This document shows positions 16,739 through 26,542 of a DNA stretch of 64,000 nucleotides, piece after piece. The stretch is from assembly GCA_032161505.1 (NCBI GenBank), contig JAVKTG010000002.1; one strand, given 5' to 3'. A program made the position numbers and the translations under genes. Within the stretch, counting starts at the first letter, position 1; each line of letters starts with the position of its first letter. The notes under the pieces were generated by a model that was not told where the DNA came from, searched no databases, and saw only the letters and a list, made by a program, of their open reading frames with translations. The DNA is from Candidatus Caldisaccharidevorator sinensis (GTDB taxonomy: Bacteria > Armatimonadota > Fervidibacteria > Fervidibacterales > Fervidibacteraceae).

Positions 16739-18134
16739 TATGGAGGCACTGACCAGATGGTTGGACCGTCGCTTTGCTCTTTCCGAATCAGCAACGACGG
16801 TCCGTACGGAACTGCTGGCGGGTCTGACCACCTTTCTCACCATGTCTTACATCATCTTTGTCAACCCGATCATCCTCAGCAAGGCGGGTATGGATTCGGG
16901 AGCCGTGATGGTCGCCACCTGCGTCGGTTCCGCCATCGGTACTTTCCTTATGGGTCTCCTGGCAAACTACCCGATCGCTATGGCTCCGGGAATGGGACAC
17001 AACGCTTTCTTTGCCTTTGTCGTTTGCAACGCATTGGGCTTCACCTGGAGCCAGGCTCTGGCAGCTAACTTAATTTCCGGGAGCCTCTTCACCCTTTTAG
17101 TCCTCGCCGGTCTGAGCAATGCCTTCATTGACAGCGTGCCCCATTCCCTCAAGCATGCGATTGCCGTCGGGATCGGTCTGCTCCTGGCGATGATCGGTCT
17201 TCAGTGGGGCGGCTTGATTGCTCCTCATCCTGCCACCCTGGTCACCCTCGGAGACTTGACTTCAGCGTCCGTCCTGATCACACTCGTCGGTTTCGTCGTT
17301 ATGTGTGTCCTCTCCCTCCTCCGGGTCCGAGGTGCCATCGTCATCGGGCTCTTAGCCAGCCTCGCCGCCGCCCTCCTCCTTCACATTGCCAAATTTGAGG
17401 GAAAGGTCATCTCCCTCCCTCCTTCCGTTTCCGCCACCTTCCTCGCTTTTGACTTTGCCGGTCTCGCCCGCCACTGGACCGACCTCATCGCCGTCGTCTT
17501 CGTCCTCCTTTTTCTTGACATTTTTGACACGGTCGGCACCCTCATCGGCGTCGCCGTGCCCGCCGGCCTTTTGAAGAACGGAAAACTGGAAAAAACGAAG
17601 GAAGCCCTGTTGAGTGACGCCATCGGCACCGTCGCCGGCGTCTGCTTCGGCACTTCAACGATCACCAGTTACATTGAAAGCGCCGCCGGAATTGCCCAAG
17701 GAGGGCGAACCGGTCTGACGGCTGTCACCGTCTCCCTTCTCTTCCTTTTGGGTCTATTCCTTTACCCCCTCGTTCAGATGATGAGCGCCGCCGTCACCGT
17801 GCCCATCCCCTTCGCCAGAGATGACATTCCGCCCTTTACCCAGCATCCGATTATTGCTCCTGCCCTCCTTTTCATCGCCGTCCTGATGATGTCGGGAGTC
17901 CGCCACATCCCCTGGGACGACTATACCGAAGCCATTCCCGCCTTCCTCACCTTGATCATCATCCCCTTGACCTTCTCCATCACCGAAGGGATCGCCTTCG
18001 GGTTCATCACCTACGCCTTTTTCAAACTCGTTACCGGTCGGACGAAGGAAACCCATTGGCTCCTCTATCTCCTCTCCGTCCTATTCGTCGTCATGTTCGC
18101 CGCACGCCACATCGCCCAGGTTCGGGTCGCCTAG
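16739..18134 (+). CDS. NCS2 family purine permease (AzgA-like guanine/hypoxanthine permease)
   Basis: MEALTRWLDRRFALSESATTVRTELLAGLTTFLTMSYIIFVNPIILS is the characteristic AzgA N-terminus. Multiple TM segments follow. An AAGGAAAGGAGGG RBS precedes the ATG at 16739; the ORF-track start at 16674 is an upstream extension. Confidence 0.8.
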
Positions 18135-18282
18135 ACCATAATCGTTTATAGCGACCGATCGATGTGATAAACCCTTACTAGATTTCTTCGCGCGGGGGTG
18201 CGGTGCGAATAATAGGATGGAAACAACAATGATTGCTTAGCCGTTCCTGTTTCTGTCTGGCTGTGCTGTCTCTCCCAAAAGA

Positions 18283-20150
18283 GTGGTGCCGTCACCGTCG
18301 TCAAGTCATGTCGAGAACCCTACCGCTACCGCTCGTCTCGTCGTTGATGTGGAGACCCGAGAAGTGACGGTCACTCCCTTCCTCGGTCCATCGCCTAATC
18401 GTGGGGTCTTCACCGGATCCGTTATTTCTTTCACCTCCTCCCCACTCCTGCATCAGCCCGGTAACACAGGGCTGAAAGTGCTGAGAGTCTCCTTGACGAA
18501 CCGGTGGGGTGTGCCGATCGATGTGCTTCCAAACGGATCGGTCACTGGTCTGCGGGTCGTTTTCAGTCCTTTTACCAATGTGGGTGCCTTTTTGGATTTG
18601 AGACCTCTCGTTCAAGTGAGCACATTGGCAGGGACAGGGGTATCATCCAGTAATGACGGACCTTCTGGTTCGGCTACTTTCAGACAGCCCATTGGAATCG
18701 CTGTGGATTGATCAGGCAATGTCTATGTCTCTGAGTACGCCGGTAGACGAATCCGGAAGATCGCTGGAGGGTTTGTGAGCACATTAGCGGGGAGCGGAGC
18801 GGCATCCAGTGGTGATGGAGCGGGGACGGGGGCGTCAGGGGATACCGATGGTCCTGGTGATCTTGCCACATTTCGGAACCCATTGGGGGTAGCGGTGGAC
18901 AGTGCTGGAGTGATTTATGTGACCGAATGGAGCGGTCACAGGGTGCGGAAGATCCAGCTGACGGGGGCAGATCCGAGGCAGGCGACGAGTTACACAGTGA
19001 CGACCCTTGCTGGGTCACCGACGGCGGCGTCTGGTTTTGTTGATGGGATGGGGACCAATGCGCGGTTTACAAATCCGGCAAGATGACTGAGGGAGCGGAC
19101 GGGAACTTATATGGGGCTGCAGCGGGGAATCATCGGATTCGTCGGGTGAGCGTGAGCGGAGAGGTCATAACGATAGCGGGGACGGGGACTGCCGGTACTG
19201 CGGACGGATCGGGAGATGTAGCGACATTCATTCAGCCGTATGGGATTGTGGCGGTTGGTGAAGCGTTGATTGTAACGGACCGATTGGGTCAGACGGTGAG
19301 GCAGATCGGGCAATCACGCCATCCGCAGGATCAGTGGAGACGGCGTTGTCAGCACCATTGCTGGCGTTATCGGAATGGGATTTGGCTCCGCAGACGGCTC
19401 TGGTAGACAGGCGCAATTTAATTCCCCTTCTGGTGTTGCCGTGACAGCCGACGGGGAAACGGTCTACATTGCCGATACCGGGAACCACAAAGTCCGCATT
19501 GCGGTCTTGACTCCTGGCACCGACGCCAGAGAGCCGGACAACTGGACCGTCAGCGCCATCGCCGGCACGGGAACAGCAGGCAACGGGATGGGTCCGGGGA
19601 ACACCGCCACTCTGAACGAACCGTTCGGCATCGCCATAGAAGGTGATTCGGTCATCCCTATTACTGAGCGAGCAGGCAATAGGGTGCGACAGATCATTTA
19701 GCGAAGCCGACGTCGCCTCTCTGCCGCCAACTGGTATGTGCGCTTGACGGCAGGGGGACACATCAGCAGCCAATGGAGCCTCAGGAAATACAGACGGTGT
19801 CGGTAACGCTGCACGCTTCAACCAACCGACCGGTATCGCCGTCTTCGGGAACGGAACCCTTTATGTTGCCGATCGGAACAATCACAGAATACGAAGGATC
19901 GTCACAGCAGGAATGGATAACCAAGGGCAAGTGACAACTTTCGGTCGCTCCACCGGATCAGCCCATCAGGAGCAGTCGATACGGTTGCCGGAACAGGAAC
20001 AGCGGGAAATACAGACGGACCCGGTGGCGCTGCCACCTTCTACAACCCTGCTGCTATTGCCATAGATTCAGCAGGGAACCTTTATGTCGGTGAAGCGCCG
20101 GCTTTTCCCAGAATCCGACTCCCTGTGCGCAGCATCAGCCCCTGAGGCGC
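18283..20150 (+). pseudogene. Decayed NHL-repeat (six-bladed beta-propeller) protein gene broken by multiple frameshifts and in-frame stops
   Basis: At least six NHL-type units (..FRNPLGVAVDSAGVIYVTEWSGHRVRKI..; ..FNQPTGIAVFGNGTLYVADRNNHRIRRI..; ..FYNPAAIAIDSAGNLYVGE..) are distributed over three reading frames. The pieces are 18283..18711, 18775..19086, 19083..19406, 19375..19701, and two further frames to about 20150. A TGA stop interrupts the repeat at 18709..18711. Confidence 0.55.
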
Positions 20151-20159
20151 GCAACCGTC

Positions 20160-21102
20160 GCTTCTGTGGTGATGGCGATGGTGAGACATAACACGCAAAT
20201 CGCCTTTCTCTTGACCATCTCTGGCTCCGCGCTGCTCGCGCTCAGCAACTTCGTCCTTGCCCAGTCTCACGTTACTGCGCCCACCCTGCCCCGCGGGGGT
20301 GTCGCTGACAAGTTGGTTACCGTAAACTTCCGCCAATTGGTGGAATGGGAGGAACTGGCTCCTCCCCTTGTCCAGCCAAAAGTTGTCCCCTCCATGCCTG
20401 TCCCCGTCCGAATACCCTTAACCCCGTATTCCTCCCTGCTTAACCCTTTCTCCGATCCCCTCCCCCCTTCTTCCCTTCCCGCAGCCGACAGGGCGGTGGT
20501 TCCTCACCTTCCCACCCTTCCCTCGCCACATTCCGGGCACTGGAAGATGACAACACAGTAATTCCCCCGGACACTCATGGATCCGTCGGACCGGCGCACA
20601 CCATGATCACACTAAACACATAGGTCCGCATTCAAGACCGCTTGGGGAATGATCTGGGACCGTCTCTCTCAATACTTTTTCGCAATCCCTGGGTAGCGGT
20701 GTCAGTGCCTTTGACCCGCGGGTCGTCTACGACCCATACGGTCAACGGTGGATCACTACCGCCGCCGACAGCGTCGGACAAGGGGACGGTTCCCTTTTGG
20801 TCAGCGTCTCACAGACATCAGACCCCACGGGAAATTGGAACCTGTATCGGTTTGATGTGGATTCGGCAGACGACCTGTGGGCAGACTACCCAACGGCCGG
20901 CTTCAATAAAAAGTGGATCGTCGTTCAAGCAAACCTTTATACCAGCACGGGCTGGTTTTCAGGAAGTCGTATATGGATTTTCAACAAATCTGACCTGTAT
21001 GCCGGTGGTTCGGGTCAGCACACGAAAAGAGATGTCACCTATGTCGGTGGTATTTTCCCCGCCACCACATCTGCCGTGTGCCAATACTGTGGGTGGTGGT
21101 AA
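20160..21102 (+). pseudogene. Further gene fragments (secretion-signal-like N-terminus, then an ATG-less ~160-aa protein-like segment) ending 4 nt before the 1614-aa gene
   Basis: ORF 20166..20561 begins with a signal-like segment MVRHNTQIAFLLTISGSALLALSNFVLAQ and then becomes Pro-rich. Frame 1 from about 20650 reads ...FDPRVVYDPYGQRWITTAADSV...TSDPTGNWNLYRFDVD...GGIFPATTSAVCQYCGWW-stop. It has no start codon and stops at 21102. Confidence 0.3.
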
Positions 21103-21105
21103 GGG

Positions 21106-24100
21106 ATGAGGATCTTTCGGACCGGACTGGTCCTTATGATGATGCTGGTGACGATGATGATGACCCAAGGGAAAGAAAGGGAAAGAAGCAGCGGCACCGA
21201 AAGCCGACCGTGGGTCGGCGCCGTTTACTTTTACTGGTATGAGTGGGACCGACCGATCCAGTGGGGCAATTGGCTGGGTGGCATCCACAACACGCCTCTC
21301 TACGGCTACTACGACAACCGCTCTTTGCAAGACAACTTCCAATCGCTACTGCGAGCCTGCGACTGGGGCGTTTCCCACTTTTTCATTGATTACTGGGGAG
21401 CCCCTTGGAAAGGAGATGACGGCGAGCCGAGGGAAAGAACCGTCCTTCGGGCGGCCGAAAAGGTTGCCTCCCTGGGCTATCCCATTTTCGTCGGCTACTA
21501 TCAGGACGGCACCAACTTTGCAATGTCCGATTTTTCATTGAATATCTCAGAGAAAAGAGATGCCTACGTATGGTTGAAAGAATACGCCTCATCTCCCGTC
21601 TGGACATGGATGAACGGAAAACCGTTCCAAATGGTGTATGGCAGAAACGGCTTACCTCAGGAATCGCCGAACGACGCTGCATTCAGAAAATGGCTCAAGG
21701 GAATTTTCCAGAAAATTGAAAACTTGAACACGGATTGGGGCACCACTTTCCATTCCTTTGACGAAATATCAATGGATTTTTCAAAAACTGGTCCCGTCCG
21801 CGCCTTCTCCATTGCTTTCCAGTTCGAGATGTGGAAACAATCGTGGCTTAAATTGGATCAATTGATACAGAAAGAGACGGGATTTCCAGGCTTATTTGCC
21901 TCCTTTGATGCCGGATACGCACCTTTCAAGGGATACGGATTTGAAAAATTCATTAGAACTTTCGGCGGGAGTCACTCTTATGGGGGCATTTTCGGTCCTC
22001 CCCATCAGATGGATGCCCCACGGTTCCTCCATGCCGCCATTGCCAGGAAACGGAACACCATTTTCTTTGACCATCTGAAGCACCGCTACTTTGACTGGGG
22101 TATCCGCGTGCCTGGCACCGCATACCCTCCCGATCCTTTCCATTACGATCGCTTTTGGGTCGGCAATCTCATGCGCCCCCTTGACGGCGTCCTCCATCTC
22201 AGTTGGAACGAATGGTGGGAAGGTTCCAATTTGGAGCCTAGTATGGAGGGAGGGAAGACGTTCTGTGAAAAGCATCTCTTTTACACGACCCTTTGGCATC
22301 TGACCTACCCATCCGACCGAAAGGGCACCACCTCCGATGTCGGACTTTTGGTCAACGACTGGATCTTTGAAAGGGGCGACGGAGCGCCGGACGACCTTTA
22401 CTCTGCCCTTCAGGGACTGAGGTCCGCTCAGATTCCTTTTGAATTGATCCTTCCGTCGGAGGTAAATGACCAGTTGCTGTCCCGCTATCGGATCATCGTC
22501 GCGCCGTCGGGGTCCGTCGGATTGGGTTATAACCGCCAGTGGAAGCAGATCCTCCCGTTGCTGGAGGAGTGGGTCAAAAAAGGGAAACGGACTTTAATCG
22601 TCTCCCACTATCCCTTTGAAACGATCGGTTCCGAAAGGGGCGAAACGACTCAACCAAAGCGGCCGTCTCCTGTCAAGGGATTCAACTATTTCATAGATGT
22701 GGGCGTCGGGGAAGATGAGAGCGTCCTGATAACGGGATGGGGCGAGAGAGAGAACTGGGGCCCGTTGCCACCAACCGCCTTCGGCGCCGGAAGCCCTGCG
22801 ACAGTCCGATGGACCCCTTCCGTCGGAAACAGGACTTCTTTCCTCGTTCCCCTTTTACAGGGCGCCGACTGCCTCCTCCGATGGCACGGCAATGCCATCT
22901 GGCCTAACAAGGTCACCATCTTTCTGAACGGAGTTAAGGTCGCCGAGGAAGCCGTTGAGCCGGGCTGGCGAATCTATCAAATCCTTCTCCCTGCCTCCGC
23001 CATTGGGTCCGCCCGCATCGGTCAGGTCACTTGGCAATTTCATCAATCCCACATCCCGGGCGAAAAGGAACCGCAAAAGTTTGCCGGCGAGCAGAGGGTC
23101 TGTAATTTCGCCCTTGACTGGATTCAAGTCTCCACCCCTGATGTGGCGGCAGGGGAAAGAAAGGGGCTTTCCTGGGCGCCCGAAGAAACGGCTCGGTTCC
23201 AAAAGCCTAAGTCCGGTCCCTTTTATGCCCGCCCTGTCAATAGATCGGTCCTCATCCCCAAAGGGATTGTTCTTAGCAGTTACACAGACGGTCTTCCCCG
23301 GGACATCCTTGTCCGAGAGAAGACGCCCCGCGGACCGTCTTACCGGCTGATCGTCAACGGGCTGATGACCGACGACCCCTACTGGTGGTCTCAAGTCTTT
23401 TTGCTTTTAGGAAAACGGGTCTTTCCTGTCGCTTCTGTTGCCGATGGAACCCTTCGCCGGAAGATAATGGCACACATCCGGTCTTCGGGGGAAACGGATT
23501 TCCTTTTGGTAGAAAACCGGGCGATGCAAACGACTCGGATTACTTTTTCGGTCCCCCAACGACCCTATCCCTTGTCGGAAATGGTCGCTCTCGCCCGGGA
23601 CGGAACTGATTTTTGCTTCTTAAACATCCCTACCTCCCGAACATCGGGGAGAATCGCCTTTTCCGACATGGTTACCTACTACTCCGTCTACCAGATCACC
23701 TGGTGCCCCCTTCGGGTTCACACCCAACTCCCGACCTTGTTCCCCGGTCAAAACAAGGAAGTCTCTTTGGAAGTGGAAAACCTTCTGTCTCAGCCAATAA
23801 ATTGTCAACTACAGATCCTTTCATCCGTCGTAAGCGTTCAGGGCGATCCCGTCACCGTCACCCTCCGACCGAAAGAGAAGAGAAAACTGACTCTCAACGT
23901 CCGTATTGCACCCTTTGCCGATTGGGGTGTCAAGACTATCTGGCTGGAAGCGGTTTGGAGGGACCGCCAGGATCGCAAAGCCGTCTTCGTTCGTCAATTG
24001 ACTATCGGTCGCCCTTCTTCCGTCCGATGCCTGACTTCTGCTACAACGGCTCCCGACGGGACGGTCACCGTCGCCAACTCCGAGCCGACCCCCTACGGTG

Positions 24101-25950
24101 ACATCTCCTGGTCATCCCCTCTCTCGATTTACCCGATGGATTCAGCACGAAATGTTATTCTTTCCATCGAAGACCTCTCCGGAAGAACCGTTGCCGTCCG
24201 CCCGATCGGCAACATCGCAGGCGACCAATCGGTCCGCGTCCCGATACGGATGCCGACCGAGTCCCTACCGCCCGGTTGGTGGAACGGACGGGTCACCTTG
24301 CGATGGGAAGATTCCCGTGGGCATCAGTCCGTATCGTGCCCGATCCAAATCTGGAACCTTCCACGGCGACTCGCTGGTCAAAAGAGGGCGAAAGGTATCA
24401 TCGTCCATTCGCCGCCGCCGACGTCCGATCCCCTCCCCCTTTTCTTTCCCTATCCCGATCCCACACTACCCAACTTGACCGCTGTCGCGGGATCGGGTCA
24501 TACCATTGCGGTCGGTCATGATCGGCAGCGCAAGATGATCATCGTTTTTCCGGACCGGAAAGCGATACGACCGTTCTTTCTCTGCGATGTCGGATCGGAC
24601 GGCGACGAAGACATTCTCCTCTCCGGCTTCAGTTATCGGGAACGATGGCCCGGGGGTGTGACCGTACGGTGGACCCCGGGCGACGATTCCGTTACAACCC
24701 TCACACTCCCTTGCCGCCCTCAGTCGGACCACCTGCTCATCGTAACGGGCTACAGTATCGCCGCCAATCGGGTCAGCCTTCAGGTCAATGGCGAACGTGT
24801 CGGTGTGTGGGATATAACTGCCGGTTGGAAAATCTACAGTCAATTGATTCCCGCCTCCGTCCTTTCCGACGGAAGACGCCTCAGTGTGAAGCTGATTTAC
24901 GAAAAAATGATCCGACCGGCGGAGGTGCATACGGGCACCACCGATAAAAGAGCGTGCAATTTGGCGATCGACAAGATTCAAATGGTGCCGGCTTTTGAGG
25001 GATCGGACCGAGTCGTATACTTGTACGAGACGGATGCTCCGACGATGAAGCCACCGCAGGTCGTTCGGCAAGGTCCTTTGGTGCGGGTCGACAATGGCGT
25101 GATCGTTCTTGAGTGGGATGAGAGAAAGGGTGGCACGATAACGCAACTGATCTCCAAAAAGACGGGTCGCCATTACGGTGCAGACGGTATGGGAGCGGGA
25201 CTGGGGATTTTCGGCACTTTTGATCCCCGACAGCCGGCAGTCACCTCTGACCGTTTCGTCAGGGACGATATCGGATGGCAACGGCTCCATCTTGCTGACA
25301 TCACCGTTTCAGACCTTTCGCCCGGGCTTGCCGTCGTTGAGGTGACGGGCGACGGAAACTGGAAGGGACATCCTTTCCGCTTTCTCCAGCGTTATCGGAT
25401 TTTCACGGGAAGCCCGATAGTGGAAGTGGAAGCGTCGGCGACACCGATTGGCAGCGCTGCGCCACTTCCCGAAGGATCAGAACTGATCGTCCTGGAGAGC
25501 CGCTTCCTGTCCCGGTATTGGACGAAGACATTTCCCAACTTTGTCGGTCTGGGCGATCAGCCTCCGGAAGTCTACGGACCGGTGACCCATTACGGATGGC
25601 GGACGGGAAACTTCCTACCTCCCTTCGTCACCTTCTTTCATCCTGACGATCTGGACGAATCCCTTTCTCTGATTGTGATGGAAGCCAAAGGGGTAACGGG
25701 AGTCAGGCAGGGCTTTTGGAGCGAGAAGAGACGCGCTTTTGCAGGTCCGCGGCAACTCGCTGTTTGTGAGGTTCTTTCTCAACCGCCTTCCTCGGCATCC
25801 CTTCGTCTCTTTCTCGTTCTCCACCCAGGTCACCATCGTCACGCTCAAGAGATTCGGGACTGGCTAATGGCGGAAACGTCCGTTATCCTCTTGTCTGAAG
25901 ATCGGTCCGGGGCGTCTGGGCAACAGAGTTCCCGGCAACAGGAGCGATAA
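21106..25950 (+). CDS. Giant secreted protein (1614 aa) with an N-terminal glycoside-hydrolase-like TIM-barrel-type domain and two copies of an internal ~120-aa module
   Basis: Signal peptide (GLVLMMMLVTMMMTQG). The N-terminal region AVYFYWYEWDRP...YGYYD...HFFIDYWG resembles the YYxWY-type openings of some GH-like families; this family call is weak. An internal duplicated module is visible (first copy aa ~540-670, second copy aa ~1180-1290). Confidence 0.75.
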   Translation: MRIFRTGLVLMMMLVTMMMTQGKERERSSGTESRPWVGAVYFYWYEWDRPIQWGNWLGGIHNTPLYGYYDNRSLQDNFQSLLRACDWGVSHFFIDYWGAPWKGDDGEPRERTVLRAAEKVASLGYPIFVGYYQDGTNFAMSDFSLNISEKRDAYVWLKEYASSPVWTWMNGKPFQMVYGRNGLPQESPNDAAFRKWLKGIFQKIENLNTDWGTTFHSFDEISMDFSKTGPVRAFSIAFQFEMWKQSWLKLDQLIQKETGFPGLFASFDAGYAPFKGYGFEKFIRTFGGSHSYGGIFGPPHQMDAPRFLHAAIARKRNTIFFDHLKHRYFDWGIRVPGTAYPPDPFHYDRFWVGNLMRPLDGVLHLSWNEWWEGSNLEPSMEGGKTFCEKHLFYTTLWHLTYPSDRKGTTSDVGLLVNDWIFERGDGAPDDLYSALQGLRSAQIPFELILPSEVNDQLLSRYRIIVAPSGSVGLGYNRQWKQILPLLEEWVKKGKRTLIVSHYPFETIGSERGETTQPKRPSPVKGFNYFIDVGVGEDESVLITGWGERENWGPLPPTAFGAGSPATVRWTPSVGNRTSFLVPLLQGADCLLRWHGNAIWPNKVTIFLNGVKVAEEAVEPGWRIYQILLPASAIGSARIGQVTWQFHQSHIPGEKEPQKFAGEQRVCNFALDWIQVSTPDVAAGERKGLSWAPEETARFQKPKSGPFYARPVNRSVLIPKGIVLSSYTDGLPRDILVREKTPRGPSYRLIVNGLMTDDPYWWSQVFLLLGKRVFPVASVADGTLRRKIMAHIRSSGETDFLLVENRAMQTTRITFSVPQRPYPLSEMVALARDGTDFCFLNIPTSRTSGRIAFSDMVTYYSVYQITWCPLRVHTQLPTLFPGQNKEVSLEVENLLSQPINCQLQILSSVVSVQGDPVTVTLRPKEKRKLTLNVRIAPFADWGVKTIWLEAVWRDRQDRKAVFVRQLTIGRPSSVRCLTSATTAPDGTVTVANSEPTPYGDISWSSPLSIYPMDSARNVILSIEDLSGRTVAVRPIGNIAGDQSVRVPIRMPTESLPPGWWNGRVTLRWEDSRGHQSVSCPIQIWNLPRRLAGQKRAKGIIVHSPPPTSDPLPLFFPYPDPTLPNLTAVAGSGHTIAVGHDRQRKMIIVFPDRKAIRPFFLCDVGSDGDEDILLSGFSYRERWPGGVTVRWTPGDDSVTTLTLPCRPQSDHLLIVTGYSIAANRVSLQVNGERVGVWDITAGWKIYSQLIPASVLSDGRRLSVKLIYEKMIRPAEVHTGTTDKRACNLAIDKIQMVPAFEGSDRVVYLYETDAPTMKPPQVVRQGPLVRVDNGVIVLEWDERKGGTITQLISKKTGRHYGADGMGAGLGIFGTFDPRQPAVTSDRFVRDDIGWQRLHLADITVSDLSPGLAVVEVTGDGNWKGHPFRFLQRYRIFTGSPIVEVEASATPIGSAAPLPEGSELIVLESRFLSRYWTKTFPNFVGLGDQPPEVYGPVTHYGWRTGNFLPPFVTFFHPDDLDESLSLIVMEAKGVTGVRQGFWSEKRRAFAGPRQLAVCEVLSQPPSSASLRLFLVLHPGHHRHAQEIRDWLMAETSVILLSEDRSGASGQQSSRQQER

Positions 25951-25952
25951 CC

Positions 25953-26507
25953 ATGGGCTTTTTGACCTACTCGGTCTTAGCCATCCTCGTCGGGATCGTT
26001 TTAATCATCATCGCTCAGGCATTCGTTCCCCAAAAAGCTGTCGTTCTCCAGCCCGATGAGTCGCTGCTCACCCGTCTGGACTTGCTCGCCTTTGACCAAT
26101 TTGCCGAACTGATGACCACTCTCGTCAGCAGGATGGGTTTGGAGGTTGACTTTTACGAGAGAGGGAACGATGGGAGGGAGAGCGTTCGGATCCTTGCCGA
26201 GAGGACCGACGAACTTTCCGGCGGGCGATATGCGATTGTCGTCCTTCGTGGTGCGGGAGAGCCCGTCAGCGTGGATCAGGTCCACAAATTACGGCAGTGG
26301 GCCCGCTACGAAAACGCAATGAAGGGAATCCTCATCGCTCCCGCCGAGTTTACCAGGGATGCGGAGAATGTCGTCTCGGCAATGCCGGGAGTTCCCGTCC
26401 AGTTGGTGGACGGGCTCCGATTTGAAGAGTGGCTGTCAGAATACACGCCCCAGGAAATTGCTGACCTTCCTCTACCACTGACGGAGAGGCGAACGAGAGA
26501 AGAGTAA
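25953..26507 (+). CDS. Membrane-anchored restriction-endonuclease-like (Mrr_cat fold) protein
   Basis: The start lies 2 nt after the giant gene's stop. There is an N-terminal TM helix FLTYSVLAILVGIVLIIIAQAF. Then comes the pattern L..FDQFAELMTTLVSRMGLEV...NDGRE...RYAIVVLRG...VSVDQVHKL...GILIAPAEFTRDAE...VQLVDG. This matches the Mrr_cat/PD-(D/E)xK-like architecture (Pfam Mrr_cat-like). The catalytic Lys appears replaced (VVLRG). Confidence 0.6.
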   Translation: MGFLTYSVLAILVGIVLIIIAQAFVPQKAVVLQPDESLLTRLDLLAFDQFAELMTTLVSRMGLEVDFYERGNDGRESVRILAERTDELSGGRYAIVVLRGAGEPVSVDQVHKLRQWARYENAMKGILIAPAEFTRDAENVVSAMPGVPVQLVDGLRFEEWLSEYTPQEIADLPLPLTERRTREE

Positions 26508-26542
26508 GACCCGAATTTTCCGTCCGTCTTCCAACGCCCCCT

